Shown here: one piece after another, positions 50,640 to 60,618 of the stretch
Layout of the letters: each line of letters begins with the position of its first letter
Numbering within the stretch: the stretch's first letter is position 1
NCBI GenBank assembly: GCA_027310185.1
Contig: DAIDBH010000006.1
Location: 1-64,000, forward strand
Reading direction: 5' to 3'
DNA: 64,000 nucleotides
Source: Thermoplasmatales archaeon
GTDB lineage: Archaea; Thermoplasmatota; Thermoplasmata; Thermoplasmatales; Thermoplasmataceae
Program-made: the position numbers and the translations under genes
The notes under the pieces: model-generated
Databases searched by the model: none
Told to the model about the DNA's origin: nothing
Seen by the model: only the letters and a program-made list of their open reading frames with translations

Positions 50640-52082
50640 TCATCCTACTGCTCCTAGTTTGTTCATTTCAAGCTTGACGAGTCTGTTCATCTCAATGGCA
50701 AATTCCATCGGGATCTCCTTCATTACATCGTCCAGGAAACCGAGAACAATCATTGAGCTTGCCTCATCCTCAGAAAGTCCCCTTGATCTAAGATAGGTCA
50801 GTTCTTCTGTTCCTATCTTTCCTACACTTGCCTCGTGGGAGAATGTTGCTGTTGGTTCATATATCTCATCGTGCGGGAATGTCAGAGACTGGGAATCATC
50901 GTTGATCAGGAGAGCATCACACTGTACCTTGCTTTTTGAATCAATTGCTCCCTTGTTCATTCTAAGAAGGCCTCTGTATATGGCCTTTCCATCCTCAATG
51001 CTTATGCTCTTCGCAATTATTTTCGATGTTGTGTGAGGTGCAAGATGTATTGCTTTTGCGCCTGTATCCTTTATTGTACCTGCACCGGCAAGGGAGATAT
51101 TCAGGTTCGATGTGGATGCATATGGCCCTCTTAGGTAGGAGGATGGATATATCATTGTTATCTTTGATCCAAGCGATCCACCAACCCATTCCATCTTTGC
51201 CCTTTCATCTACCCATGCCCTTTTTGTTGGCATATTGTACACGCTTTTTGACCAGTTCTGGACACTTGTGTATCTTACATCTGAATCTCTCTGTGCATAT
51301 ATTTCAACAATTGCGCTGTGAAGTGAATCCTTGTCCCATCTTGGTGCTGTGCATCCCTCGATGTAATGTACCTTGGAGCCCTCATCTCCTACAACTATTG
51401 TATGCTCAAACTGCCCTGTGCTTTCATTGTTCATCCTGAAGTATGTCTGCAGTGGCATATCAATGTGAACTCCCTTTGGCACATACAGGAATGAACCTCC
51501 ACTCCATACTGCACCATTGAGTGCTGCAAACTTGTTATCAGTGAAAGGTACCGCCTTGCAGAAATAATCCTTGACAAGATCGGGATGATTCTTAACCGCT
51601 GAGTCAAGATCCATGAAAACCACACCCTTGTCTTCCCATACCTTTTTCAGTGAGTGATAAACACCTTCACTCTCATACTGGGCAACTGATCCTGCAAGAT
51701 ATTTCTGCTCCATTTCAGGTATGCCAAGTTTCTGGAATGTATCCTTTATCTGATCTGGCACATCATCCCAGTTCTGGGATGTTCTCTCATCTGGCCTGTT
51801 GTAGTATGTGGTGTTTTCCCAGTCTATTCCTGACAGGTCTGGTCCCCATGTTGGCATGGGCTTGGACTGGAATATTTCCAGTGCCTTCAATCTCATCCTT
51901 CTCATCCAGTCCGGTTCCTTCTTTATCTCTGAAATCTCCTCTACTACAGCTTTATTCAGACCCTTTCCCGTAGAATATATAGGACTGAATTTGTCATGAA
52001 ATTCCCAGTCCGATGCTTTGGAACCCTTCAGGCTTTCTACTAATCTTTCTATTTCTTCTTCCTTTGTTAATTCAACTTCCAT
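50640..52082 (-). CDS. sufB: Fe-S assembly protein SufB
   Basis: HYIEGCTAP, QNWS, CDALL, HEASVGKI. Confidence 0.96.
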   Translation of the reverse strand: MEVELTKEEEIERLVESLKGSKASDWEFHDKFSPIYSTGKGLNKAVVEEISEIKKEPDWMRRMRLKALEIFQSKPMPTWGPDLSGIDWENTTYYNRPDERTSQNWDDVPDQIKDTFQKLGIPEMEQKYLAGSVAQYESEGVYHSLKKVWEDKGVVFMDLDSAVKNHPDLVKDYFCKAVPFTDNKFAALNGAVWSGGSFLYVPKGVHIDMPLQTYFRMNNESTGQFEHTIVVGDEGSKVHYIEGCTAPRWDKDSLHSAIVEIYAQRDSDVRYTSVQNWSKSVYNMPTKRAWVDERAKMEWVGGSLGSKITMIYPSSYLRGPYASTSNLNISLAGAGTIKDTGAKAIHLAPHTTSKIIAKSISIEDGKAIYRGLLRMNKGAIDSKSKVQCDALLINDDSQSLTFPHDEIYEPTATFSHEASVGKIGTEELTYLRSRGLSEDEASSMIVLGFLDDVMKEIPMEFAIEMNRLVKLEMNKLGAVG

Positions 52083-52087
52083 TTTTA

Positions 52088-52825
52088 TCACTCCTTTATC
52101 CAATCGTATCCTTCTTCCTCTATCTTCAGAGCAAGATTCTTGTCTCCATTCCTGACTACTTTTCCGTCAACCATTATGTGAACGAAATCCGGGTCGATAT
52201 TCTTGAGAATCCTCTGGTAGTGCGTGATAATAAGGAACCCCACTTCTTTGCTGTGATATTTTATTATCTCCTCTGCAACAAGCCTCAGTGCATCAACATC
52301 AAGTCCAGAGTCTATTTCATCAAGTACCACTATCTTTGGCTTAAGGATCGCCATCTGGAGTATTTCGAATCTCTTTCTTTCACCGCCGGAGAATCCATCG
52401 TTAACAGACCTTGACATGAAAGATTCATCCAGTCCAACAAACTTCAGGTGTTCCTTTACCCTGTTGAAAAATTCTGTGACCGTTACCTTATCTTCTGGAT
52501 GAAGCTGCTTGTATGCAGTTCGCAGGAAGGATGAAATCTTGACACCCGGTATGGAGATCGGGCTCTGGAATGCAAGAAACAGTCCAGCCCTCGCCCTCTC
52601 TTCTGGCGTCTTATCTGTAAGATCTTTACCGTCCAGTATAATTGATCCACCATCAATGACGTAGTTCGGATGGCCTATGAGAACGTTTCCCAATGTACTT
52701 TTACCGGCTCCATTAGGTCCCATCAGTGCGTGGATTTCTCCTCCTTTAACATCGATATCAACCCCTTTCAGGATCTTCTTTCCCTCCACACTGGCGGAGA
52801 GATTGCTAATTTTCAGCTCAACCAT
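52088..52825 (-). CDS. sufC: Fe-S assembly ATPase SufC
   Basis: MGPNGAGKST, GFSGGERKR, LDEIDSGLD; likely start MVELKI. Confidence 0.96.
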   Translation of the reverse strand: MVELKISNLSASVEGKKILKGVDIDVKGGEIHALMGPNGAGKSTLGNVLIGHPNYVIDGGSIILDGKDLTDKTPEERARAGLFLAFQSPISIPGVKISSFLRTAYKQLHPEDKVTVTEFFNRVKEHLKFVGLDESFMSRSVNDGFSGGERKRFEILQMAILKPKIVVLDEIDSGLDVDALRLVAEEIIKYHSKEVGFLIITHYQRILKNIDPDFVHIMVDGKVVRNGDKNLALKIEEEGYDWIKE

Positions 52826-52847
52826 AATACTAAATTGGTTTAACCTA

Positions 52848-52871
52848 TTTAAACACTTACTTATGTTTAAA
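52848..52871. promoter_or_regulatory. Inverted repeat, candidate SufR-like operator
   Basis: TTTAAACA-N8-TGTTTAAA between sufC and the divergent regulator. Confidence 0.6.
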
Positions 52872-52910
52872 GTCAATAAACTTAATATAAGTAATTTCAC
52901 TACTATACTC

Positions 52911-53582
52911 ATGGAAAACGAACTTGCAGTAAGTCCTCTCCTTGGAAAGGTAAAGACAAGTATCCTTATGCTTCTTGAAAATGGGGAGAAAAGCATGGCT
53001 TATCTTGCAGATACACTGGACATGAACAAGACTGCCGTAAAAGAGCATATGGACACCCTGGAAAAAATGGGCTATGTAAAGCCATTCTTCAAGAAGGAAG
53101 GTACCGGAAGACCTTCTAAATATTATGAAATCAGCCAGTCTGGCATGGAACTGTTCCCAAAAAAATATTCAGAGCTCATGGCTACCTTCCTCGATGAATT
53201 CAGAACTGAATTCGGTGAGATGAAATTGAATCTTCTTCTCGGCCATGTTGCAGACAGATTGATGGAGAAAGCTGGTTTCAAGAATTCAGAAGGTGCTCTG
53301 GATGGGAGGGAGAAGAAAATTCAGAGGCTCCAGAGCTTTGTGAATGCACTGAATAAGCTTGGATACTATGCAAAAATGGAAGTTGACGGAGAGACTGTAA
53401 GGATCATAAGGCATAACTGTATCTTCTATGAGATGGCAAAGAACAATGGAAAGGTAATATGCGATGTCCTTGGAAAGGACATAATTCAAAGATCAGGAGA
53501 GAATAATTTCACCCTGGTTGAAAAGTTCTCTGATGGGGGAAACAAATGTGTTGTAGAAGTTGACCTCAATCAGATTGACTGA
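52911..53582 (+). CDS. SufR-like ArsR/HTH transcriptional regulator
   Basis: HTH, GRPSKYY, C-terminal HNC..IC..C cysteines; divergent from the suf operon. Confidence 0.85.
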   Translation: MENELAVSPLLGKVKTSILMLLENGEKSMAYLADTLDMNKTAVKEHMDTLEKMGYVKPFFKKEGTGRPSKYYEISQSGMELFPKKYSELMATFLDEFRTEFGEMKLNLLLGHVADRLMEKAGFKNSEGALDGREKKIQRLQSFVNALNKLGYYAKMEVDGETVRIIRHNCIFYEMAKNNGKVICDVLGKDIIQRSGENNFTLVEKFSDGGNKCVVEVDLNQID

Positions 53583-54517
53583 TTCCTGAAATTTTTAAAC
53601 ATGTCAGAAACAGTGGCCTTCAGGTCGTATTCTGGCTTGAAGTCCCAGTCTTTCACAGCATCTTTTGTATCAATAGACCACGGCCATGAATCTGCTATTT
53701 TCTGCCTGAAATCAGGATTGTATTTTACCCTGAAGTCTGGGTTTAGCTCCCTCACTGCCTCTTCCAGTTCCTTTGGTGAGAAGCTATATGCCATCACATT
53801 ATAGGCTGTTCTTATCTTAATGCTCTCCTCTGGAGAAGTCATCAGGTGAAGTGTTGCCTTCATTGCATCTGGCATATAGAGCATGGGCAGTTTAGTTTCC
53901 TCCTTCAGGTAGCATTCATAAGAATTCCCCTGGGCTGCGTGTTTTATCATGTCAACCGCATAATCGGTTGTTCCAGCAGTTGGTGCTACCTTATAACTAA
54001 GCAGTCCCGGGTATCTCAGGCTCCTGACATCAAGGTTGTATTTGTTGAAATAATACTGGAACAGCATTTCAGATGTAAATTTTGTTATCCCATACATGGT
54101 TGTGGGTACGGAATCATGCCTGATTGGTGCATCAATTTTCTGTACCTCTGGACCATATACACCAATTGTTGAAGGAATGAATACCTTCTTTACGCTTCTT
54201 GTAACACACGCATTCAATATATTGACGGTCCCTGTCAGATTTACATTGTAAGCCAGATATGGATCCTTTTCTCCAGTTGCTGACAGGATTGATGCCAGAT
54301 GGTAGACCTCGTCTATTTTTCTTTCCATAAGTATGTTATCCACTGCTTCCCTATCTCTCACATCAAGAATTTCGTAGTTGATCCTGCTGTTTTCCTTAAT
54401 CTTTGGTTCCTTCTGTATATCAGTTGCGTATATGGTTCCCCCATAGCTCGCCATGAGATAATCAATTAATTCAGAACCTACCTGTCCCAGAGAGCCGGTG
54501 ATCAAAATATTGGCCAT
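53570..54517 (-). CDS. SDR-type L-threonine 3-dehydrogenase / NAD-dependent epimerase
   Basis: ITGSLGQVG, LSATGE, YGITK, GTTDY, DSWP. Confidence 0.88.
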   Translation of the reverse strand: MANILITGSLGQVGSELIDYLMASYGGTIYATDIQKEPKIKENSRINYEILDVRDREAVDNILMERKIDEVYHLASILSATGEKDPYLAYNVNLTGTVNILNACVTRSVKKVFIPSTIGVYGPEVQKIDAPIRHDSVPTTMYGITKFTSEMLFQYYFNKYNLDVRSLRYPGLLSYKVAPTAGTTDYAVDMIKHAAQGNSYECYLKEETKLPMLYMPDAMKATLHLMTSPEESIKIRTAYNVMAYSFSPKELEEAVRELNPDFRVKYNPDFRQKIADSWPWSIDTKDAVKDWDFKPEYDLKATVSDMFKNFRNQSI

Positions 54518-54625
54518 GTTATGTGTATTGATTATAGGTTAAAAAATATAATCTTGTCATTATTCCTTTAATAACACTATTGGAAGATATACAAGATTAA
54601 CAAAATCGTGCTATACAGGAAAATC

Positions 54626-55129
54626 TTACCTGGACCTGATCCTCTTGATATACATCCTCTGGATTACACTTCCGGCTACCAGGCTCACAATGAATACGAC
54701 AAAGATCAGAATATTAAACAGGGTATCACTTGTAAGATACCCAAGATAACCTAGAAGGTACAGTGACCCATATCCAAGCATCAGAATTATGAGCCCCATG
54801 AATCTGATATATATGGGGATAGACATTCGACCCTGCATGTATGGATTCTGGAGGGCGGCTCCCGTTGGCCCACCCATTATGAAGGAAAGCTGGTTGAGAA
54901 CTCTTCTTTTCTCTCTGGATTCCGGACACATAGGATCCGTTAATGCATTTTTTGCATCTTCAAGCAGCTGGTTGGCTTTCTCCTTATCACCTTTTTTGTT
55001 ATACAGTGTGGCAAGTTCTATTTCCATCCTGGCAAGATTTGCACAGTTGGATATGGGCATCATCTTTTCGTAATCAACCTGGTTCTGAAGATTCTGTATT
55101 TTTTCGTCTATCGCTTCCAATTTATCCAA
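54626..55129 (-). CDS. Hypothetical membrane protein
   Basis: Two C-terminal TM helices. Confidence 0.75.
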   Translation of the reverse strand: MDKLEAIDEKIQNLQNQVDYEKMMPISNCANLARMEIELATLYNKKGDKEKANQLLEDAKNALTDPMCPESREKRRVLNQLSFIMGGPTGAALQNPYMQGRMSIPIYIRFMGLIILMLGYGSLYLLGYLGYLTSDTLFNILIFVVFIVSLVAGSVIQRMYIKRIRSR

Positions 55130-55328
55130 CCCCTTTAAATTAAGTCGTTATTTCCATAATTCATTTATACTCTTGCCATTTTAATATGATTCTGTGTTAT
55201 TCCTTCCTTTAATATCAGGAAAGACGTTATTTCTCTTCTAATTCATGTTGGTTGATGCCAGTTTTCCTATCCTTTAATCCACAGTATTTCTTTCTTTAAA
55301 TTTTATAGGCAATCTGACATATAGAACT

Positions 55329-57137
55329 GTGAAAGATAAGGAAAGCTCTGTTGATATCTATGCATTTGTTAACAATAAAAGAAAGGATCTTCAGGACAGC
55401 TTCATAAAGAAGATATATGATCTTGGTGGTGGAAAGTTCATTTTCCAGGTTCACAGTCCCACCCTGAAAAAGGGCTCGTTCTATATTGATGTGAAGAAGG
55501 GAATTTGTCTAATGGATGCGGAGAGAGGCCAGGATGCCGGAAATCTGGCAATGTTCCTGAGAAAGAAATTCACAGACAAGAAAATTAAGGCAATCTACCA
55601 GATAAATTTTGACAGGGTTGTAAGAGTTGATTTTTACAACGGTTCATCATTCGTGATGGAACTTTTCAGGGATGGGAATCTGATAACGCTTCAGGACGAC
55701 ATCATTGAATATGCCCTGAATCCAAGGGAATGGAAAAACAGAAAAATAATCAAGGGTGAAAAATACATTCCTCCGTCCCTGGTTGACCCACTATCGTTAA
55801 CGGCCAAAAATAAGACTGATATACTGGAAAAGAGCAAGGCGTCAATTGTTCAAACGATGGCGACGAGGTTCAACCTTGGTGGTGAATTATCTGAAGAAGT
55901 CCTGAAGAGAGCTGGGATTGATAAGAACCTGAGTGCGGTTGAGTGCACCGAAATGATCGACCAGATTGAAGAAAAACTGAATGAGTGCCTCCGTGAGACT
56001 GAGGAAAACAAGGGATATTTCTATGAAGAAGAGCAACTTGTAAGCCCCATGAGATTGACCTTCCTGAACAGGGAGCCTGATAGGGTTGTGGAAGATTTCA
56101 ACGATGCACTTCAGATTATGATGGAGACTGAGATAAATGACACTCCAGAGAATTTGAGAATAAAGAGAATTGTGGAGAATCAGGAAAAAACCATCGAGGA
56201 ATACAAGAAAGCCTCTGAAGAGAGCAGGGAGTCAGGTGTCATGATCTCCTCTCACTTTCAGACTATGAAGAAGGTTCTTGAACACCTTAAGAATTCTGAT
56301 CAGGAGAAGCTGTCCTTTGATGGTTTTGTCATAGAGGTGAAGTCAAAGAATAAGGCAGAAAAGAGCGCGGAAATAATCTTTGAAGACAGGACATTCAAAT
56401 TATTCTACGACAAGAGTGTTGGAGAGAACATGACCTATTATTTTGATACGTCAAAAGATTACCTTGAAAGAATAGAGGGTGCAAAGGTTGCAATGGAGAA
56501 TTCCATAAAGGGAATACAGGAGCAACAGGTCAGGAAGAAGAAGGAAAGGCCCAGATTCTGGTTTGAGACATACCACTGGTTTTTCACCCCTGCCAATCAT
56601 CTTGTCATCTCCGGGAAGAATACTGATACAAACGAGAAGGTGGTGAAAAAGCATATGGGTGAGAAAGACCTCTATATTCACGCGGATATGTACGGCGCAC
56701 CCAGTACGGTAATCAGGAATGAGGATAATGCAGAAATAACAGAGGACGAAATCCGGGAAGCAGCCATATTCGCTGTTTCATTTTCGAGGGCGTGGCAGAA
56801 TGGTCTGACGTCAGGGTCAGCCTACTGGGTCAGCCCATTGCAGGTGAGCAAGACGCCAGAATCAGGACAGTACGTTAGAAAAGGTTCATGGATTGTCAGG
56901 GGAAAGAGGAACTATCTCTTTAACCTCCCACTTAAACTCAGCATAAGGATGATCGACTACAGGGAAGCCAGGATTGCAATGATCTATCCATTCCGGGAAA
57001 ATGATTCGGATTGTGTCACCATCATTCCGGGAAGCCGAAAAAGGGATAAGGCAGCCCAGGAAATCGCAAAAAAACTAGAAACAGATACTGAGGAAATCAT
57101 GAGGGTCCTTCCAACTGGGAATCTTGATATTATTTAA
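55329..57137 (+). CDS. rqcH: Ribosome rescue protein RqcH (NEMF/NFACT)
   Basis: FDRVV, ELFRDGN, HADMYGAP, VSKTPESG..GKRNY. Confidence 0.93.
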   Translation: MKDKESSVDIYAFVNNKRKDLQDSFIKKIYDLGGGKFIFQVHSPTLKKGSFYIDVKKGICLMDAERGQDAGNLAMFLRKKFTDKKIKAIYQINFDRVVRVDFYNGSSFVMELFRDGNLITLQDDIIEYALNPREWKNRKIIKGEKYIPPSLVDPLSLTAKNKTDILEKSKASIVQTMATRFNLGGELSEEVLKRAGIDKNLSAVECTEMIDQIEEKLNECLRETEENKGYFYEEEQLVSPMRLTFLNREPDRVVEDFNDALQIMMETEINDTPENLRIKRIVENQEKTIEEYKKASEESRESGVMISSHFQTMKKVLEHLKNSDQEKLSFDGFVIEVKSKNKAEKSAEIIFEDRTFKLFYDKSVGENMTYYFDTSKDYLERIEGAKVAMENSIKGIQEQQVRKKKERPRFWFETYHWFFTPANHLVISGKNTDTNEKVVKKHMGEKDLYIHADMYGAPSTVIRNEDNAEITEDEIREAAIFAVSFSRAWQNGLTSGSAYWVSPLQVSKTPESGQYVRKGSWIVRGKRNYLFNLPLKLSIRMIDYREARIAMIYPFRENDSDCVTIIPGSRKRDKAAQEIAKKLETDTEEIMRVLPTGNLDII

Positions 57138-58074
57138 TTCTGGAAAGTTCAGCCTTGAGGTTTTCCAGTACCTTCACATCCTCTGGATCAAAGGATAATC
57201 TCAAACTTACTTCCACTGTCAGGATGTCAATATAATGCAGGATATAGAACAGCTTCTCCAGGTAAGTCTCACCTTTTGGCTTTATCTTTATGATTTCAGA
57301 TGAGAATTTACTTTCCATTATATCAAGCCGCACCTTGCATCTTGAACTGGAATCACCTTCAATAGCAAGGAAGATAAATTTTTCAGCCATTCCACTGTTT
57401 ACAAGCTGCGGAACGAGTTCATTATGATTCTGTTCAGACAGGTTATGATTCAGGGCGAAAAGCTTTGAGTTCTCATTAAATTGTGTCTTGAACCTGTAAC
57501 TGAGACTGCTGAAAGGTTCCCATGAAAGGATGTATGGAATCTTCCTTGAATCCACTATCTTCTGAGCAAGTTGCCAGATAGGACTCCTCTCCTTTTCCAG
57601 GTTTTCAAGAATTGAAATGATCCTCTTTCTCTCTTCCCCTTTAATCCCGATAAAAGTGTTTAAAAGTGGCATTAAGAGGTACCCTATTGCTTCCCTTGGC
57701 TGCAATCCTGAGGGTATTTTTATGAGATTGTCACAAATCGTGGAAAGTTCGCCACCAGAAGTTATGGCATTTACGGTGATTCCCCGTGACTTTGCTTCCC
57801 TTACTGTACTGAGTGTTTCTTCTGTGTTACCAGAATAACTTACTGCAATGAAGCAGTAGTTCCTGTCTACATATTTTGGAAGTTTGTATGAATCCACCAC
57901 TATTACGGGAAGTTCCTGGAATGCCTCGGAAAATATTCTCCCGGATACTCCTGAGCCACCCATACCTGAAATTACAATAGCATGAACATCTCCTATATCT
58001 ATGGAAAATTTTTCTTTGAAATTGATCTGTTCCTTGATTGAATAGACCTGATTGTAGAATTTGTCTTCAGCCAT
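57130..58074 (-). CDS. Bifunctional phosphoglucose/phosphomannose isomerase
   Basis: GMGGSG, SYSGNTEET, NENSK, HNE. Confidence 0.93.
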   Translation of the reverse strand: MAEDKFYNQVYSIKEQINFKEKFSIDIGDVHAIVISGMGGSGVSGRIFSEAFQELPVIVVDSYKLPKYVDRNYCFIAVSYSGNTEETLSTVREAKSRGITVNAITSGGELSTICDNLIKIPSGLQPREAIGYLLMPLLNTFIGIKGEERKRIISILENLEKERSPIWQLAQKIVDSRKIPYILSWEPFSSLSYRFKTQFNENSKLFALNHNLSEQNHNELVPQLVNSGMAEKFIFLAIEGDSSSRCKVRLDIMESKFSSEIIKIKPKGETYLEKLFYILHYIDILTVEVSLRLSFDPEDVKVLENLKAELSRIK

Positions 58075-58085
58075 AAATCACACCC

Positions 58086-58178
58086 TCAGATTGGAGCGAG
58101 AGCGAGGAAAAATCCCCATACGGCAGGAAGCAATGCAGCAAGTCCTACAAGAATATATATCATGGTTTTTGTAGACAT
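58086..58178 (-). CDS. Small single-TM protein (30 aa, absent from the ORF track)
   Basis: MSTKTMIYILVGLAALLPAVWGFFLALAPI*; TATA-like box ~25 bp upstream; stop overlaps the RBS of the next gene. Confidence 0.6.
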   Translation of the reverse strand: MSTKTMIYILVGLAALLPAVWGFFLALAPI

Positions 58179-58342
58179 ACGCTCAGTATTTATTTGTTTT
58201 TAATTAACCTTTGCTATATGAATTGACTATGAAAATTTCAATCTTTATGACGTATTTGTTTATATTTATTACAACCTAAAATTAAAGTTCTTCCAGAATG
58301 TTTTGAATTTGTAAAAGTTAGCCATGGGAGTTAACTTGCAGA

Positions 58343-59602
58343 TCAATTCCTCTGAAGTGTAAATGTCATGCAGTGGGCACCACCATATCCACCCGTTATT
58401 TCTTCGAGATTGATCTTTACGAAGTCAAGTCCGAAATCCCGCATCTTTGAAGTGGATGGGAACATTGTCCCGCTTTTAAGTTCTGATTCTTTTGCTCCTG
58501 CTTCTTCCTTTACTTTTTTTGTTATGACACCGTTGCTTTCAAGTTTTTTAAGAACGGAGAATGAGTCTATGCATATGATCCTGTTGTCCTTTACAGTCAG
58601 GAAATTGGATGAATAACATAGCTGTTCAATGGGAGAGATATCCATTATGTTATATCCTTTATTCTTCAGGTAATCGTACAGTGTTATGTCCTCTGCATAT
58701 GAATAACCCTCACCATTCTTCTGATATAACTTTCCCCTTGCTGCTTTCACCAGATCCATGGAGCCTATGGCAGTCCCATTTCCTGCAATATTGAAATATG
58801 TGTCAAGATGCATGTTATTGAGGAGATCGTTGACCATGAACGGATATCGTGGGTTTTCCACAACAAGTACCTCGTCATGTGCCATCATGCCAGAATTCAT
58901 TGCTGATATGGCTCCTGCAAGATCAGTACGCGGTCCCGTACCTATTAAACCAAAATCACCACACGGTATGTAATCTCCGCCTTCGAAATACGAATTTTCC
59001 ACAACTCTTTTCAGATGATCCTTTCCAAGTATCTTCTCCATTATAAATCCGGTAATTTCTGGTTCCATCTTTCTCTGGGGCAGTTTCATTCTACCAAGAA
59101 TGACACCATTTGAACTGACTGCCTGCTGATCCCTCATGAAATACAGGTTGGTCAGAGGTACGTTAGAGAATATCTTTGGATACGACATATGATTGTCCCG
59201 ATCAACAGTTATATCGATTGAAGGTACCAGTATGGATATATTGAAAAGGGTATCTGCATCCATGAATGGAAGATTTCTCTGAAAATCCTTCTTCAACTTT
59301 TCAACCTCGGAAATATCACCATAAAACTGAACTTCGGCTACTAGCTTTTCTTCCATTGCTTTTCTGAAGTTACTGTCTGTGTTGCACCTGTTCACAACAA
59401 TTTCTCTAAGCTGGGTTACCTTTGCCCCATTCTCCTTCATTATTTCTTCCAGTTTCTCATGTTCCCTTAACGCTTTTGTCTTGTTGAATGGTCTTTCAAA
59501 GAGAAAGGCCCTCGGTGAGATCATTGCATAATCTATTTCTGTTCCTGGCCTGTGTACAATCACTTCCTTCAGATTTTCCCATTCCGCTCTTACAAACATC
59601 AA
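58343..59602 (-). CDS. arcA: Arginine deiminase
   Basis: VHRPG, YFMRD, EGGD, MHLDT, GGAHCMT. Confidence 0.93.
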   Translation of the reverse strand: MMFVRAEWENLKEVIVHRPGTEIDYAMISPRAFLFERPFNKTKALREHEKLEEIMKENGAKVTQLREIVVNRCNTDSNFRKAMEEKLVAEVQFYGDISEVEKLKKDFQRNLPFMDADTLFNISILVPSIDITVDRDNHMSYPKIFSNVPLTNLYFMRDQQAVSSNGVILGRMKLPQRKMEPEITGFIMEKILGKDHLKRVVENSYFEGGDYIPCGDFGLIGTGPRTDLAGAISAMNSGMMAHDEVLVVENPRYPFMVNDLLNNMHLDTYFNIAGNGTAIGSMDLVKAARGKLYQKNGEGYSYAEDITLYDYLKNKGYNIMDISPIEQLCYSSNFLTVKDNRIICIDSFSVLKKLESNGVITKKVKEEAGAKESELKSGTMFPSTSKMRDFGLDFVKINLEEITGGYGGAHCMTFTLQRN

Positions 59603-60615
59603 ATATCACCTAAAATTTCATAATAGTTGTCTTCGTAGAAGAACAGTTCTACCTGATCTTCCTTTATAACCCTCTTCAGGGTTATCTGAATATACGTCCT
59701 CTCATTCATCAGGTTCGTTTCATTTTCTGTCCTATGCAATACAATGAACCTTTCCCGTGACGCTTTTTCTCCAGTTTCCTTTAGTTTATCAAAATCTATG
59801 AGCCTCTTGTTGATAAGAGTTGTCTTTCCATTTTTCAGATCTGTCACATATATGCCCCCCGGCCTCTTTCCCTGGTAAATATATTTTATGTTATCAAAAA
59901 ATATCAGAGAACCGGGTTCGATATCCAGTATCCTGATCATGTAAGTGAACCTGAAAAACTGTTTGCCATCCTTGATTCCAGCCAGTGAACTTGAGACCAC
60001 AACGTTGCATATTGTTTTGGACTGTATTTCCCTGGCAAAGGTGTCCCCATCCTTCTTCTTGCCAAGATATATATCAATACCTTCCTTCAATTGAACTGAC
60101 TTTGAGACGAATGATTCAGGATCTTTCTTCTGGTTGCTCTCCACCATCCTGAGAAGTTCCTGGTGAATTGTATCTATCTCCGGACTCATTTTCTCTGAGA
60201 ATCCCCTGAGTTGAACCTTGGATTCATAATATGATCCGGTTACCTTATTACACGTTGGACAGCTGATTGACTCTTTCCTGTATGGAATTTCAAGTAGAAA
60301 CTCCTTCTCTTCAGCATCATCTCTTTTAATTCTTATCCTGATGTAGGCTGTATCCTCGATCTTGTTCAGTTCTATAGGGCCGAACGATTCAATCTTAAAT
60401 GGTTCATTTACGCTGAAAAGTTCGTACACCTTCTTTGCCCATCTTTCCTGTGCATCGTGATGAGCCCAGTAGTTACCCACCTTCACAGCACCACATTTTG
60501 GACAGCTCGTGAACGTTATTGAACCTGGTTTTTCAATCACAAGTGTTTCCCATATACAGTCTTCACAGAGCCCCTTGTATATGGCTTCTCGAGTTCCACA
60601 TTTTATACATAACAT
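59599..60615 (-). CDS. nmd3: NMD3 family protein
   Basis: Four CxxC pairs, YYESKVQLR. Confidence 0.9.
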   Translation of the reverse strand: MLCIKCGTREAIYKGLCEDCIWETLVIEKPGSITFTSCPKCGAVKVGNYWAHHDAQERWAKKVYELFSVNEPFKIESFGPIELNKIEDTAYIRIRIKRDDAEEKEFLLEIPYRKESISCPTCNKVTGSYYESKVQLRGFSEKMSPEIDTIHQELLRMVESNQKKDPESFVSKSVQLKEGIDIYLGKKKDGDTFAREIQSKTICNVVVSSSLAGIKDGKQFFRFTYMIRILDIEPGSLIFFDNIKYIYQGKRPGGIYVTDLKNGKTTLINKRLIDFDKLKETGEKASRERFIVLHRTENETNLMNERTYIQITLKRVIKEDQVELFFYEDNYYEILGDI

Positions 60616-60618
60616 AAT

